A stretch of 64,000 nucleotides of DNA, from the NCBI GenBank assembly GCA_964106645.2, contig OZ067047.1. The stretch is one strand, 5' to 3'. The position numbers were made by a program, and so were the translations under genes. Shown in pieces: positions 11,701 to 26,700 of this stretch. The stretch's first letter is position 1. Each line of letters begins with the position of its first letter. Source of the stretch: Podarcis pityusensis. Its lineage: Eukaryota. A model generated the notes under the pieces. That model had not been told where the DNA came from. It saw only the letters and a list, made by a program, of their open reading frames with translations, and made no database searches.

Positions 11701-14700
11701 CTTCAGGTGTTACGTTGCCTTGTATAAGAATCTGTATCCTTGCTCATGTTTACTTACTTGAAATTTGTTAAAGCAGTGGTTCTTCAGATAATCTATTACT
11801 GGGAAGAAAATAGGCTTGTGCTTTAAGATGCTCTGTTTCTTAGAACGGGCGAGGTGGGTGGCGCTGTGATCTAAACCACTGAGTCTCTTGGACTTGCCAA
11901 TTGGGAAGTTGGCTCTTCGAATCCGTGTGTTGGGGTGAGCTTTGTCCCAGCTTCTGCCAACCTAGCAGTTCAAAAGCACACCAGTGCAAGTAGATAAATA
12001 GGTACTGCTGTGGAAGGAGGTAAATGGTGTTTCCGTGTGCCCTGGCTTCCGTCACTGTGTTCCATTGCACCAGAAGCGGTTTAGTAATGATGGCCACATG
12101 ACCCGGAAAGCTGTCTGTGGACAAACACCCGCTTCCTCGGCCTGAAGTGAGATGAGCGCCACACTCCATAGTTGCCTTTGACTGGACTTAACCATCCAGG
12201 GGTCCTTTACTTTTACCCTTAGCCATTTCTTACAGTCCTGTTGAGCAAACACTTCAGTTGTTAGACAAAGTAAATTTTCTTGCCTATCTTGTGTCAAATA
12301 TTCCTGTTATCTGGGTTCTAGTACATACATTAGTATCAGTTTTCTTTTATCTGCTTGCTTGCAAAATGAAAGAAATGCCTAGATATTTGAAAAGGAGGAA
12401 GAATCTTTTGCTAAACAAAATGTATAAATACTGAAAAAGACAAGTTGTTTGACCATTTTAATATTTGTATATGCCTAAACAGGTTACGTTTAGGCATATA
12501 CAAATATGCCTAAATGTAACACAAGCTTACCTTTAACACAGGCTTAACTTAGTTAATGTTAATAAGGCTATTTTTATTTATTCTTCTCATTTCACTTACA
12601 GGTCACAGATCAAAAAACCAAAGGTAAAAGACTTTTAATTTTTCTAAAATTTACAATAAGTTTTTTTGGTCTTTGAGCAGATCATTTGTTCTTAAAACAA
12701 AGTTCTTCTACCCTTATTAGCTTCATAGGATCAGGGCATGAAATATATTTTAATACTAAAAATGTTTTTTTATAAATAATTTTAAATATAGCCTTTCATA
12801 TTGTTCAGCTTGCAAAACAATTCAGAACACCTATTTACATATTTTGTTGTAGTGCCCGAAGCGACGAAACCAAGTTTANNNNNNNNNNNNNNNNNNNNNN
12901 NNNNNNNNNNNNNNNNNNNNNNNNNNNNNNNNNNNNNNNNNNNNNNNNNNNNNNNNNNNNNNNNNNNNNNNNNNNNNNNNNNNNNNNNNNNNNNNNNNNN
13001 NNNNNNNNNNNNNNNNNNNNNNNNNNNNNNNNNNNNNNNNNNNNNNNNNNNNNNNNNNGGGCAGCCCCCTCCGCCATCTTGTATGCTCCTTGGGAGTGGA
13101 GTAGGGCCACCTCCTTCTCCAGCACCTGGAGTAAATCCAAACAACGCACAACTAGTAACAACAGGAGTGCTGCTGCCATGTGACAGTGGGACTGCAACAG
13201 GTAGGAAAGCTTTTGTTATTTCCCCTTGGGTTTGAGTTCGACATTATGTGATCCTAACCCTCTATTTTCTTGCCAAATATCTTCAAGAAAAGGCTAAGGA
13301 GTAAACCCTACACAAATCCAGAGTGGAGTTCCTAAGACTGTTGGATGGTAAGCCTCCTGGCAACTCCTGCAGCCAAGCTGGTGCCAAATGTATTGCTCTG
13401 CTTTCCTTTAGACCACATCAGCAAGGCTGAGGGTGGGGGGTATTGTTGTCTGGGCAGCCCAGGACCTCCATACACACTGCCCAGGCTTGCGCCCCGGGGA
13501 GGTCACTTCAGTGCTGATAACCCCCAGAGGCACACTCCATTGTCTGTTGAGACAGCCGGGTGCCAACAACATCCTCCTGAATTGTTTCAAGACAGTTTTT
13601 GATTGGGTAGATAGGGAGGTAGCCCATCTTAAAAAGTGATGTTGTAGGAATAGAAAAAGGGAAATTAAAATCCTTAAACTCTGGGCACCTTCCTTATATG
13701 TGGATAGTCTAATGAATTTGGAGTCTAATGAAGGCGAATGTTACATTTTTTTACAAAACGATGAACGGTGACAAATATGTATAAAGTAATTTTTCTTTAA
13801 TTATAATGGAAGTTTGCTTCTCCTGATTAAAATTGGTTACCAGAACATTTAGGTCTGACAAAAGGAGGTACTTCAAAATAGCACATTGCAGTTAATTAGC
13901 ATGGAATTCACAACTACAAGATGCTAGGTTCATGGTGGTCAGGTCTCAACAGGTGGTAGCCATGATAGCAAAAAGAAAAACATGTTCACAGTCTGCCTTA
14001 AATATCTTTTTATAATATTTTGTTTAAAAAGCATTAGTAGAATTAAAATATTTACACATTAAAGATCACATACAATAAAAACATCACAGCACTAGCCCTT
14101 TCCTTAAAAGTAAGTGGCACTAATAAAGAAGAAAGTTCCAAAGTGCAGATTGCAGCAAGCTGCTGATTCTGAAGGTTCATCCTATCTGTACTTAAAAACA
14201 GTCATAAAAACAGGAAGAATAAAATTACAAGATAAGAAAATAATAATAGAAAGTCTAAAAGAATGAATTATATAAATATATCTTCCGTATTTTTACCAAG
14301 CATACCAAATATTCATGAATGTTGCCAAATAAATGTAGTGGCACTGTGTCAACCATTACGTTGTTTAGTCATATAAATCACAAACGGCCCCCAAGTAGAA
14401 GCAGAAGCAGTTTTTTCAGAAATGCACATGACTTTTAAAATAATAAGATGCACTCTTCCACATTAAATATTGGATACTAGGAATAAACAAGGAAAGAGCA
14501 GCATGTTTGCCCTTTGCTTCCCAAAGATAACTAGCTAATTCTTCAGACACAGAAAGCTGGATGAGATAGATATTGGTTCTAGAAGGCAGTTATTATACTG
14601 CTTTCAGATATCTATGGTAAACCTGATTTTTCATTGCCCTTTTACCTTGAGATGGGCTAAAATTTCTCCCCAGAAGGTACCAAGTGAACAGATCCTCAGT

Positions 14701-17700
14701 GTGTTTAAGGGTAACCGAATGTAAATGTTTTAAGGATTATTATTTTTATCTGCAAAAGATGTTATCTTTGGGGAACTCTAAACAAGTACTGTTATTTTGT
14801 TTTTTCATCTAATTTGCACCTCTCTCACAAGCTAACCTTGAAAGTTAATTGGTACAATTGGTATCGATTGGAATTCAAAGCCATACTGCCTCTGAACATC
14901 CAGGTGCCATTTAGGCTATGAATTTGTTAAATTCTTTTAAAAAGTCATCTCAGTTAGTGGGCACCATAGATTTTGTGATTGTGAATGTCATAAATGATGG
15001 CTTGTAAATACTTTAAAATTCAGAATAATGCAAATAACTGGTATGTGCTGTTTATCATTCTCCATGTGTTTATGTATAATTGTGAATAAGTTTCATTCTT
15101 TTAGATTCAACAACTGGAGGTGGTGCTTCTTCAAATTATGCAAATTCCACTTGGGGTCCTGGAGCCTCCTCCAACAGCACCAATGCCAACCCAACTCACG
15201 TCTGGGACGCGGTGATTGTAGACAGGTCTGACATGGAAGAGTGGCCTTGTATTGCCAGCAAAGATACTGAGTCTTCTTCCGAGAACACCACAGACAACAA
15301 CAGTGCCTCGAACCCTGGCTTGGAGAAGAGCACTCTGCCAGGAAGCACCACTAGTAACAAAGGAAAAGGAAAAAACCAGTGCCAGTCTGGAAGCTCTGGT
15401 AACGAATGTAATCTTGGGGCCTGGAAATCTGACCCTAAAGCTAAATCTGTTCAATCTTCCAATCCTGCAGCAGAGAGTAATAGTGGTCTAGCAAGCTGGA
15501 GGAACTTGAGTGGGCAGGACAGAATTGGCCCCAGTTCTGGCTTCAGCAATTTCAACCCAAATAGCAACCCATCTGCTTGGCCAGCACTAATTCAGGAGGG
15601 CAATTCAAGGAAAGGGACTTCAGAATCTGATAATGGTGGCTCCAATGCACAGATTAGTACAGCAGGNNNNNNNNNNNNNNNNNNNNNNNNNNNNNNNNNN
15701 NNNNNNNNNNNNNNNNNNNNNNNNNNNNNNNNNNNNNNNNNNNNNNNNNNNNNNNNNNNNNNNNNNNNNNNNNNNNNNNNNNNNNNNNNNNNNNNNNNNN
15801 NNNNNNNNNNNNNNNNNNNGGGAATGTCCTTTGAAATGGGCTTTGGGAACCCCTCCAGGAACACTGATGCCCCTTCACAAAGCACTGGAGAGAGAAAGAC
15901 TGGGAGTGTTGGGTCTTGGGGTACAGTTAGGGGGCCTTCTGGAATGGACAGTGTCTCTGGTCAAAGCAATTCTGGAAATCATGGGAACAATGGAAAGGAT
16001 AGGGAGGACTCGTGGAAGGGAGCTTCTGTTCAAAAATCGAATGGGTCACGAAATGATTCTTGGGATAACAGTAACAGGTCTACGGGTGATGGGTCTTGGA
16101 CCATTGGCCCTCAACACTCTAGTGAAAACAAATGGAGTGAAGGGAACAAAATGACATCAGGGGTGTCTCAGGGAGAATGGAAACAGCCGTCTGGGTCTGA
16201 TGAATTGAAGATTGGAGAATGGAGTGGTCCAAACCAACCAAATTCTAGCACTGGAGCATGGGACAATCAAAAGGGCCACCCCCTTCCTGAAAACCAAGGC
16301 AATTCCCAGGCTCCCTGTTGGGGTAGATCTTCCAGCTCTACAGGAAGTGAGGTTGGAGGTCAAAGCACTGGAAGCAACCATAAAGCAGGAAGTAGTGACA
16401 GTCACAATTCTGGACGTCGATCATATAGGCCTACACATCCTGATTGCCAAGCAGTCTTGCAAACTTTGTTGAGCAGGACTGATTTGGATCCCCGAGTGCT
16501 TTCAAATACTGGCTGGGGTCAAACTCAAATCAAGCAAGATACTGTTTGGGACATAGAAGAGATGCCAAGGGCAGAGGGAAAGACTGATAAAGGAACTGAG
16601 GGGTGGGAGAGTTCTGCCATTCAGACAAAGAGCTCAGGGGGCTGGGGAGATGCACCCAGCCAAAGCAATCAAATCAAGTCTGGATGGGGTGAACTCTCTA
16701 CTCCGACAGAGTGGAAAGAGCCCAAAAACACTGGAGGATGGAATGATTTCAAGAACAATTGTTCTAATTGGGGAGGAGGAAGACAAGAAGAAAAGGTGAC
16801 AACATCTTGGAATGAGAATTCCAACAAAGACCCAGGGTGGAATGGACGACCACCTAATCAAGGGTGGTCTTCTGGAAAGAATGGCTGGGGAGAGGAAGTT
16901 GACCAAACAAAAAATAGTAACTGGGAAAGTTCAGGAAACAAGTCGATGTCAGGCTGGGGTGAAGCTGGTCAAAATGAGATTGGGACTTGGGGTAATGGTG
17001 CAAATACAAACTGTTCCTCAAAAGGAGGGTGGGATAATAATAAAAGAACTCCAGCATGGAATGATTCTGGTAGACAAGCCAATTCCTGGAATAATCAGCA
17101 ACAGCAACACCATCCGCAGTCAGAAGCACCTGGCTCCTGGGGCCCACCACCACCACAGCCTCCAGGAAATGGGAGGTCACCCAATCCTAACTGGAACAGT
17201 GGGCCACAGCCAACTGCCTCAAAGGATGAGGAACCCAGTGGCTGGGAAGAACCATCCCCCCAATCAATTAGTCGAAAAATGGATATTGATGATGGCACCT
17301 CAGCGTGGGGAGATCCCAGCAGTTACAACTACAAGAATGTGAACCTGTGGGACAAGAACTCACAAGGTGGACAAGCTTCACGAGAACAGAATCTGCCAAC
17401 TCCAAGGCCCAGCAAAGTAGCACCCTCAGGTATTCCTTTTATTTACCTTCTTCATTGTAATGCAAACTAGTAAATGCAGTTCTAAATATGGTGAGAGGGT
17501 ACCTGCATTCTGTAGCTAGGTCTGTGTCATTTGAAATTTTGGAGACACGACTTCATATATCAAAGAGGTGTCTGTTTAATTATGGCTTCATGTGAAATGT
17601 TCACTGTTCACAAGTAAGGCTGTTTGCTGTGTCAGGGAACTGGGAGAGGGGAGCCCCAATGTGTTTAACTTGTGAAAGGGGGTTAACACAGAACAATCTG

Positions 17701-20700
17701 CAGCCAGTGGTGCTTGAAACTTCATCTGTATGTCACCACAAGGATCCCATCTATGTGCAGTCTTGATCCTATTACTTAAGCTGAATGTATGTGTATATGT
17801 GCAAATACACCTGCTGAAGCTATGCCGTAAAAGGGTGTTTTTGCAAGCTACCAGCTTACTGTCACTAAAATTTTGAATTAAGACACCAACTTGTTACTAT
17901 CAAGGGGATCTGGGAACAGTAGAAGGCTTCTACAGGGTGAGTCCTTTAAAAGAGGACCTGTGGATACAGAGTACACAAGTTCCACGGAGCCTCTTTTAAA
18001 AGACTCAACCTGTATATGTGTATTTCCTGCTGAACCAGGAACTTTGTGCATGATTCCCATAGCTGGATCCCATTGTTTAACCTCCAGGACCACATGTACT
18101 ATTTTAGTGCTGAATTGGGGCCTCATCCTGATCACTGTCTTGGGGAATGGTGGTGAAGGGTCTGTGGGTATTGAATTCAGCTCTCTTATCCAGCTGGTGA
18201 TTGGTGCTTTCAAAGCTGACTGGTATATGCAGTCTGTTGCTGTACACTATTATCTTTGGATTGTGGGTAAGGGGACTTGTCTCTCAAGATGCATCATTAC
18301 CAGTAATGGTGGTTTTTGTGAGTCAGTTTGCATCCTTGTTTCTTCAGTAGAAATATATAGCTTCATCTACAGGCAGCATTGGGCCTGCTGTTAATTTACA
18401 GTAGGGGTAGGGTATCTTTGGCCCGAAAGCCAAATTTGACTTGCCCTATCTCTCCATTTGGCCCACCAGGATGTTTTATCCAAGCCATACCCAACTACCC
18501 CACCAGTGGGGCAGATAATTATGGGACTTTGTCAGAGGGGGCTGTTGCAAAGTGCTTGGGAAGCACTGAACACAGAAATTGCAAAACTCTTCACATAGCA
18601 CTTCCAAAACATTCAACCTGGTTATGACATCAGATGATTTACCGGTGGATGGTCTTGCTTACCTGTCAAAGTTGGAATTGGGGGAGATCAAGATTTGGCC
18701 TGCCAAGGCAAACATATTCCCTACCTCTGTTTTAAAGTAACAAATAGGATTAGTTAATGATTCAAATTATCCAATTTTTCTTGAATTACTTTGCTTTCCC
18801 TAGAAGTGACAATGTAATTCAGCAGCATTATGTAAAAAGCCATTTTTTTGTTGAATGTTCAACTGCAGTTAGGTGCAGCAAAGCACCCAGGCCCCCTTCT
18901 GTGTTGGGAAGGGTGATGTGCATCGAAAAAAGGGAGTGCTTATCCTTCCTTGCCAGTCACCTCCCCTCACCCAGTTTCTCTTACTTTCAACTATTGCAGA
19001 CCCTTGGTTTTTCTAGCAAACTGCAGGTGTCTGCATATACAGTTTGTTACATTGCAATGTAACATGATTTTCCTCTTATATTACCATTTTTCTGACCTCA
19101 TTCAGGTATATTTTTAAAACATTTGCTTAAAGTCTTTGCCTTAGCATATAGAACATCTAATTATTGACAGAGCTTGTTTTGCGGATAGGATCAGACTCTC
19201 ATTTTAGTACAATAATATTACATTATCACACTGTTTGTGTGTTTTTCTTTTACACTAAGAATCATGTGGTGTAAGAGTCAGAACAAACACTAAAGTATGA
19301 CAGAATGGGGTCAGCAGTATAGAAATATGTAGATTTTTCTCAGTTGATGCTGTGCTAAATGTCAGAAAGCAACTTCAATTCATTAAAAGTGCATAATGAA
19401 AACTCTTTCTATATGAAGTCTGGAACAAAAGCACACCTCCTGCTCCAGATAATGGTACAGCTGCTTGGGGTGAACCAAATGAAACCAGCCCTGGATGGGG
19501 TGAAGCTGATGATACAGGGGCTTCTACAGGTTGGGGAAATGGACCCTCCACTGCACCAAATGCCATAAAACCTAGTGAGTACTTGCCAGTTGCCATTTCT
19601 GTAACAATTTTATGTACTTTTAGATAAAAAAAAAATAGGTTTCTGAATGAGGGTATGGTGCTGCGCCCATGTCTGGTGTTTATTTCAGCTCTAGCATGGT
19701 AATAGAGGAAATTTTTACACACCTGATTGGATTAGTACTATATCTTGGGCAAAGATGGCATGGTAGGCAAGGAAGCAATGGAGGACCCCCCCCCCCTTTG
19801 TCAACCTAACACAAGGTAATTAGTCACTAATTGAAGCTCCCTGGTCCCTTGTAAGGTAGATAACAGAGGCAAGGTAAAATGTCAGTATTCATCAGAGTGG
19901 ACTAGGTTGTTTGCGTCATTAAATGGTCAAGAAGCATGTAGTGTAGGGGTGGGAATCTCTGGCCCTCCAGATGTCAGTTAGACTCCCATCAGCCCCAGCT
20001 GATGACTAACAGTCAGTGATGATGGGAGTTGTAGTCTAGCAGTATCTGGAGGATCACAGATTCCCCATCTCTGATGTAGGCACTCTATTCTTCTGCTGTG
20101 GATCTTACGTGTGTTTGATGATAATTACCATTCCGATATAACAAAGTCTAATATACTTACTCCATGTTAATGCTTTTATCTGCCTGGTCAGATTATTGAA
20201 AATAGCACAATAATAATTCTGTTGGAGGGTTATGTGGTTAGGAATTGGAAAATGGCAGTAATCCTGGTGTATCTCTAAACCAAAGCAACTACTTCAGATT
20301 ACCGTATTGGTCTGAATATGAGCCTCACTTTCCCCCAAATTCCGACCATGAAAAGTTAAAGTGTGGCTTATATTCGCAACCTTACGGTATGCAGCCAGGA
20401 GCATGGGGCACCCTGTGCATAGTCCCCTTCCTCTCCCCCAAGGCTGGGAAGGGAGAGAGCAAGGAGGGGGAAGGGCCACCAGGAATGCAGCATGGCTCCC
20501 CCCCCCCCCCAAAGTATGCAATCAGGAGCAGTGAGGAATGGAGCAGCTTATATTTGGGTATTCCCCCCACATTATAAAGGTGCGGCTTATTTTGGGTGCA
20601 GCTTATATTTGGGCCAATACAGTAGTTATTAATATAGGTGGCTGCACTCCTACTAATTTATAGTGTACAGGTATAAAATTATTTACTACGTTAGAATTAC

Positions 20701-23700
20701 TGGGTTGAATTCAACGTAGCACTAAGGAGATCGTTCCATCAGCACAATCATTTTTGCCTGCCCGAAGGAACTATCTCCCCTCCATGCTCAGTGTTCTGGG
20801 GATTCACCCAACCCTCCAGAGGCGGAATTGAAGGAGGCCCAGGGGAGGAGAATGGGGGGGGGGGAGGCTCTTTGCACTAGCAAGAGTCCTTGTGCTAGCT
20901 TCTGCTAGCATGGTGGGGTAGTTGAAACCTATCATTCTAATGCACTTTGTCACAAAACTTTGTTCTTTCAACAAAATACAGATCTCGCTAAAACAAAGTC
21001 TAAAGGCTATATTGTTAAATGTGAGGAAATGAGGGGAGCATGACAGCTACCCCTTTATGGTTTCTTGAAAAGTAATGCCCTTGGGTGGTCAGAAGTTACA
21101 AATTTTATTTTGTGCATATATATAGGTGAGTTTTTCCAACTCTAGGAAGCTGAACTTTTAGGGTTACGTATCAGCATAGTGTTGTATTTCAAGTTTGCTA
21201 TTGGAAGAGCATCTTACAGGATTTTGAATCCTCATTAGTGCATTAATTGGAACACAAAAGTTTAAGCTTTAAGACAAGTGTAGTATAAAAGAAATCTCTA
21301 GTGGATGAAATTATTAATACAGTAATACTATTGGGGGCTTTTAAAAGTTACAGTGCCAGTATCGTACCTCTATATTTGCATGACATTAAGCAGAATTAGA
21401 CTGCAAATTAGCCATTACCTTGATATCTAGTCACTAGTAGTAAGGGCAGTTTTCTAGTGCAGATGCATGCAACATGGTGCTGTTCAGATATTGTTGGACT
21501 TCCAAGCAGTATCTGGAGGGAACCATGTTGTTCACCCCTGTTCTAGGGTTTCTTTGTGGCTATTTGCAAGCTTCTGACCATTCTCCTTTCATGTAGTATT
21601 ACAGTTCTGTAGAAAAGAGGTTCTCCTTGATAATGCAGCTAAAGGAATATTTTACTTGAAAAAACCCCACAGTTTTTATAACTGCTGCTGTAGCATATGA
21701 AACTGAAAACTATTTCTGTTCATTAACACCCAGACCTATGTCTTGTGATATTTGGTGTCTTTTTGTTCGTCTCCTTTATTCCAAATCAGAAAACATTAAG
21801 GCTGTTATCCTATGCACACATCTTTGAACTAACTCGTATTGAATACAAGGAGACTTAACTTCTCAGCAAATACTGAGGTGGGGGGAATAACTCTGCTGTC
21901 TCCATTGTGGCTCCCATGGGCTCACTAAGGCAGCCTGCCCTTCACAATCTTCTGATTTTTTTGCCTTTTTTGAGGGCATTGCCTGTATGTTCATGTTTTG
22001 TTTTGTGGTGTGTAGGTGTTCTTCCTATTTGGGGAGTAAGGTTCTGACCATTGTCATTTCTTCTTCTATAACATAGGCATTTTTTTGTGTTGACAGCAGT
22101 TTCTTAAACTTGCAAATGTGCCCCAGGGCCATAAAGGTTGAGGTTCTCTGCTGTAACCCCTTGATTTTGCCATGTGGTATAATAAAGTCAAGCGAGTTAA
22201 TAATTGTGATTAGCTTTTGACAATGTTTTCCTCCCCATCGAAGGTTCCAAACCACCTCAAGATGGTTGGGGGGATAATGATGGGCCAGTATCAGGAACAA
22301 GGCATTCCAGCTGGGAAGAAGAGGAGGAAGGAGGAGTCTGGAACACAGCAGGCTCTCAGGGAAGCAGTTCCTCCCATAATTCAACAAGCTGGGGACAAGG
22401 AGGAAAGAAACCACAGATTAAGGTGAGAAAATGCTTATATGGTGCAATATTTCTCTAGATACATGAAACATCAAACCTTTTAGGGTAACTGCTAGCAATA
22501 AATAATCTTAATTATGCACATCTGTTGGTATTGAATGATGGCACGTGTAATGACTGCTTAACTTAAGAATAGCCCTGCTGAATCGAGTCATTTGGTTCAG
22601 TATCCTGTTCTCACAGTGGCTAAGCAGATGCTCGTGGGAAGCCCATAAGCAGGCTTTGCTGCTGAATGCAGTTTTACTGGTTTTACTGTTGAATGCAACA
22701 CATCATTGTTTGTATCTTTTGGGGTTTGCAAAAGTCTTCAGGCGTGGATACTTTTCAATCAGTATGCGCATTTTGGCAGAAAATGCCCTATGTTTCTTAT
22801 TTCACTTGCTGACATCAGTCTCCGATATCAGCAAGCTGGGCTACAGGCATCCACTGAAATGTTTCTTGAAGTTCTGAGGGGAGTTATACAACATGCAGCC
22901 ATTTTTTATTACCAAGGAAGGTGAAGTATGTCTGGAGTAAGATGGGGAGCAAAGTGCGTTGACATCCTTAATGGGTTGCCCAACTAAAAACTGGTTTCGG
23001 TGCAGTACAGCCTTCTCTAGTCTAATACCTTCAGATGTTTGGAACGGCACCTCCCATCAGTGTCAACCACAAAGCCAGTGGTAAGTGGAATAGAGTTACA
23101 GTCCAAAGGATCTGGATGGCATCATGTTGGGGAAGGCTGGTGTAGTATTAATTACATGCATCACCTGGGAACATTTGTTTCTTCAGCTGTAAGTAACTGA
23201 AAGCTTAAAATCAGAGATAATTTCAGTGGCAAAAACACTTTTAGCACTTTTTAGCAAAAGCATAAAACAGTGGACATATCAAGGACAAAAACTAGCCCAA
23301 TTCTCCCCTGCATCTTAGTTCACTTTCAGAAGGTATGAGAAATCGACACTTACAAAGCTAAAAGAGCTACCTAACAACTTTGTAAAGTAAGAAAATAATG
23401 AAATTGTAGCTTTTTAAAGAAGATAAGCTGAATTTATTTTGAGTTTCTTCAAATGTGATGAATTTCCTACGTTAGGAAACATGTGGAAATTGCTGTAGGT
23501 AACTGTCCCTTTTTTTACTGCATGGAGATTGGAGATTGCAGTTGTTTCACTACACACAAGTTATACCCCAGGGCATGATCTGAGGGCACATTTTGCAGCC
23601 ACCTTGCTGAAACTTAAGCAGCTCTGTGTCTGGTCAGTTACTGAACCCCTTGTATTCAGTTCCATGATGGTAGAAAGGCAGGATAAGTGTACTAAATAAA

Positions 23701-26700
23701 TAAATATCTACATAAGAAATTTTATATTGTTAGACTGATATGTTCGCCTTTGAATATGAGGGGTTGGATCCAATGCTGTAGCTCTACTTACACAACAGAC
23801 TTCTGTGTGCACAATTGTGCTTCTTTTTCCCCTCCTGTCCCTTCAGCCCCTCATATGACCTCAAAATCAGCTCTGTAGGCTTGGGGGACCCTCAGTAGAT
23901 TTTGATGATGTTGAAGAGAGAAAGCAGAAGTCCTGTTGTATGAGTGAAGCTGTGCTTGCACAGCACTGGATACAACCCTAAGTGTACTGTTCAGCTGATA
24001 GATGGTTTATGGGCCTGGCTAGTGTGATATTCTTTTTAGCTAACATGTTTCAGTGCTAAAGTTAAAGGAATCATGCCAACCAGTAAATGCAGGGATTGTT
24101 GTCTTTTTGTTTCCTTCCTTCCTTGGGGTTTTAAATTGTTCTAATCCTTTAAGTTTGTATTTCATGGAGTTATTTCTTAGTGAATTACTTCAAATTATGG
24201 GTTCTGATATTTCTTTTGCCCTACTGACATTATGCTAACAGAATAAACCTGTTAAAGAGATTGAAGAGCTTGCAGCAATTTATCATCTGCTCCATTTCCT
24301 AAATTCTGTATACCTTAAGTTTCCAAGGAATAATAGTAACAGTATTTGGTAAATCTGCTTAGTATTTTAATAAACCTTCCTAACCAGCCCCCACTGTAAG
24401 GTAGGCCCTTTCACTAAAGAAGAGAGAACCAAGGCTTGAGCAGCATGTCTAAAGCTTACTGGGTTTATTTATGACATTTGATACTTGAAACAGGGAATTG
24501 CTTTTTTAAGCTTTCATTCTTAGTCACTGCATGGTGAAATAAACTGATAAATTGTTTCTTTGCTTTAGTGTTCGTTAAAAGGAGGAAGCAGTGATTCGTG
24601 GATGAATTCTTTATCTGATCAGATGTCAAATATGGGATTACTAGTAAGACTTTTAAAATGTCATAATTATGTTTTATATAAACTGTTTACTGACCCGTAT
24701 TTAACAGACTACAAACAGCTATCTGTCCTAGGCACCTCCATGAATAAGTATTGTCTACAGGTGACCAAGCTAGGAAGCTTTTGCCTTCTGGATGAGATAC
24801 AGGGTGGAATTCAATAAAACACTAAGAAGATAGTTCTGTTGGGCAAGCAGAAATGCTTGCACTGATGGAGCAATATCTTTTCTCCACCTATGGGCTTCTC
24901 CGGGACATTGCCCAACCCTCCAGAAAGGATTTGTGGGAACCTTTGCACTGGCTTCTGCTAGTGAAATCGGATAGTTAAATTTGGCCCGAGATCCTCAATT
25001 ATTTATTTAGTTATTTATATAGTGTTTTATAGGTGCAATCCAGTTGAAAGCAGTGTGTAATATAAATTTAGATCAAACACAGAGTGTATTATGTATACAT
25101 TCTAAGCTACTGTAAGTGAGGAGAACACAGACAAGTTTCTGTGCTGGACTTTATGGGGGGGAGTTGGAGAACACACTGCTTGGCATATGGCGTATTTTTT
25201 TTAATAGCCAATTAGGAGGGAAGCTATTGTAGTGCTGTGATAATGCTTATGTTACTCCTAAGAGTCACCCAGGGTTTGGTAGCAAATACCATGTCAATCC
25301 AAACTCCAGCTCACTGGGTTAAATAGTTGCACCTTTCCAGAGTTACGGGAACATCCTGTCCCATACTGCCAACACAAGGATTACTTGGCAGCACATTTTA
25401 AGACTAGATGCATCTTGAGGATGAAGTAACATTCTGGCTGCTGTTCTCAGAATATAATCCCTTGACCACAGAAATGTCAGGATAGAGAGGTTTGTGTCCA
25501 GAGCAGCTGTCCAGCTATTTTTCTCTCTGTTTCTCTGTGCTATTGGTTCATACATTTCTGGTTGTATTTTTGGACACACATCACCACCAGCAATTAGAAA
25601 AGGCTATGCTCAAGGTTAGTTCAGTATCCTATTTTTAAGCCTGCCAATTCACCTCTTTAATTTATAAAATGCATGCCCCCCCCCCAAAAAAAATACTGGA
25701 TTTTATATTGAACAGCATAATACTTTCTAGTGTTTTTTCTCTTTCTTTTCCAGAATCAAACTGAAGACACTCCAGGCAGTAAAATGGACTTATCAGTAGG
25801 TGTGTACCTAATATGGCAATAAGAAAAACTGATTTGGTTCATGAGGCTGAAGTGCTTGGCTTTGAAAGCAGTATAATAAAGCAGTATGTGGCCTTTTGCA
25901 AAATGATTTTAGAACAGCTTAAGGACCTTTTATATAATTTGGTGTGTAGCTGATGACAATGAAAGAATGAAAGTTTGAGTTAGGATAATGGGAAGGGACT
26001 AAGTCTGGTTACTGAGTGCATTAATAAACAGACCGTCCTTGCATGAAGTCCGTTTGTGATAACTGGGTTTCATTCTGTTGAATAGTACATAATGATTCAT
26101 GGACTTCTAGAGAAAATGTCAAAGACCTACTGTGGAGAAAGAAAAACTGGTTTGCTTAGTGGTAGTATGAAGGGAGGTTTTTGTGTGTGTGTTTTTACAG
26201 TATTTATAGCCCACTCTTCATTGAATGTTTTCATTCCCAGTGCAGGGAGCAAATGAAAATAAACAGAAAAACAATATAAACAATTTGTATATAAATGAGA
26301 CCCATAAACAAATAAAAAAAATTATCTCAAGGTAAACAAGCAAAATTACAACAACATAAATTAATATTTCCCATTTAACAAATACAAGCCTCACAGTCAG
26401 CTGGGCTGTAAGGCAGTGATGTGCAGTTGGGTTTGCTGGCCTCTCCCATCTACCTTCTCTATACTAGCTAGCACAGACGGCATTCAGGGTCCTCCAGGGT
26501 CTTGGGAAGAGGGTCTGTGGCCTGAAAGGCAGTCAGTAAACCACAGCTGATGTTTCTCTCCTGCTCAGTACTGGGGAAACTTGCAGGCCTCAAGATCAGC
26601 AGGACTGCCAGGTAGTGATGCTTTTAGGATGTTGCTTGTCTGAGTGGGTGGAATCATAGTTTTTTTTCTGTCAACAGCTTAACTAAATGAAGCTTCCCCG

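Noticed and set aside
11847-11930. tRNA gene
   Set aside because: The A/B boxes belong to the Sauria SINE head; no complete cloverleaf
15633-17342. Alternative-frame ORFs (173 and 176 aa) inside exon 5
   Set aside because: Shadow frames of a low-complexity coding exon, one inflated by Ns; no evidence of dual coding
17878-18394. 167-aa and 111-aa intronic ORFs
   Set aside because: Non-ATG starts, no recognisable homology and no fitting splice sites
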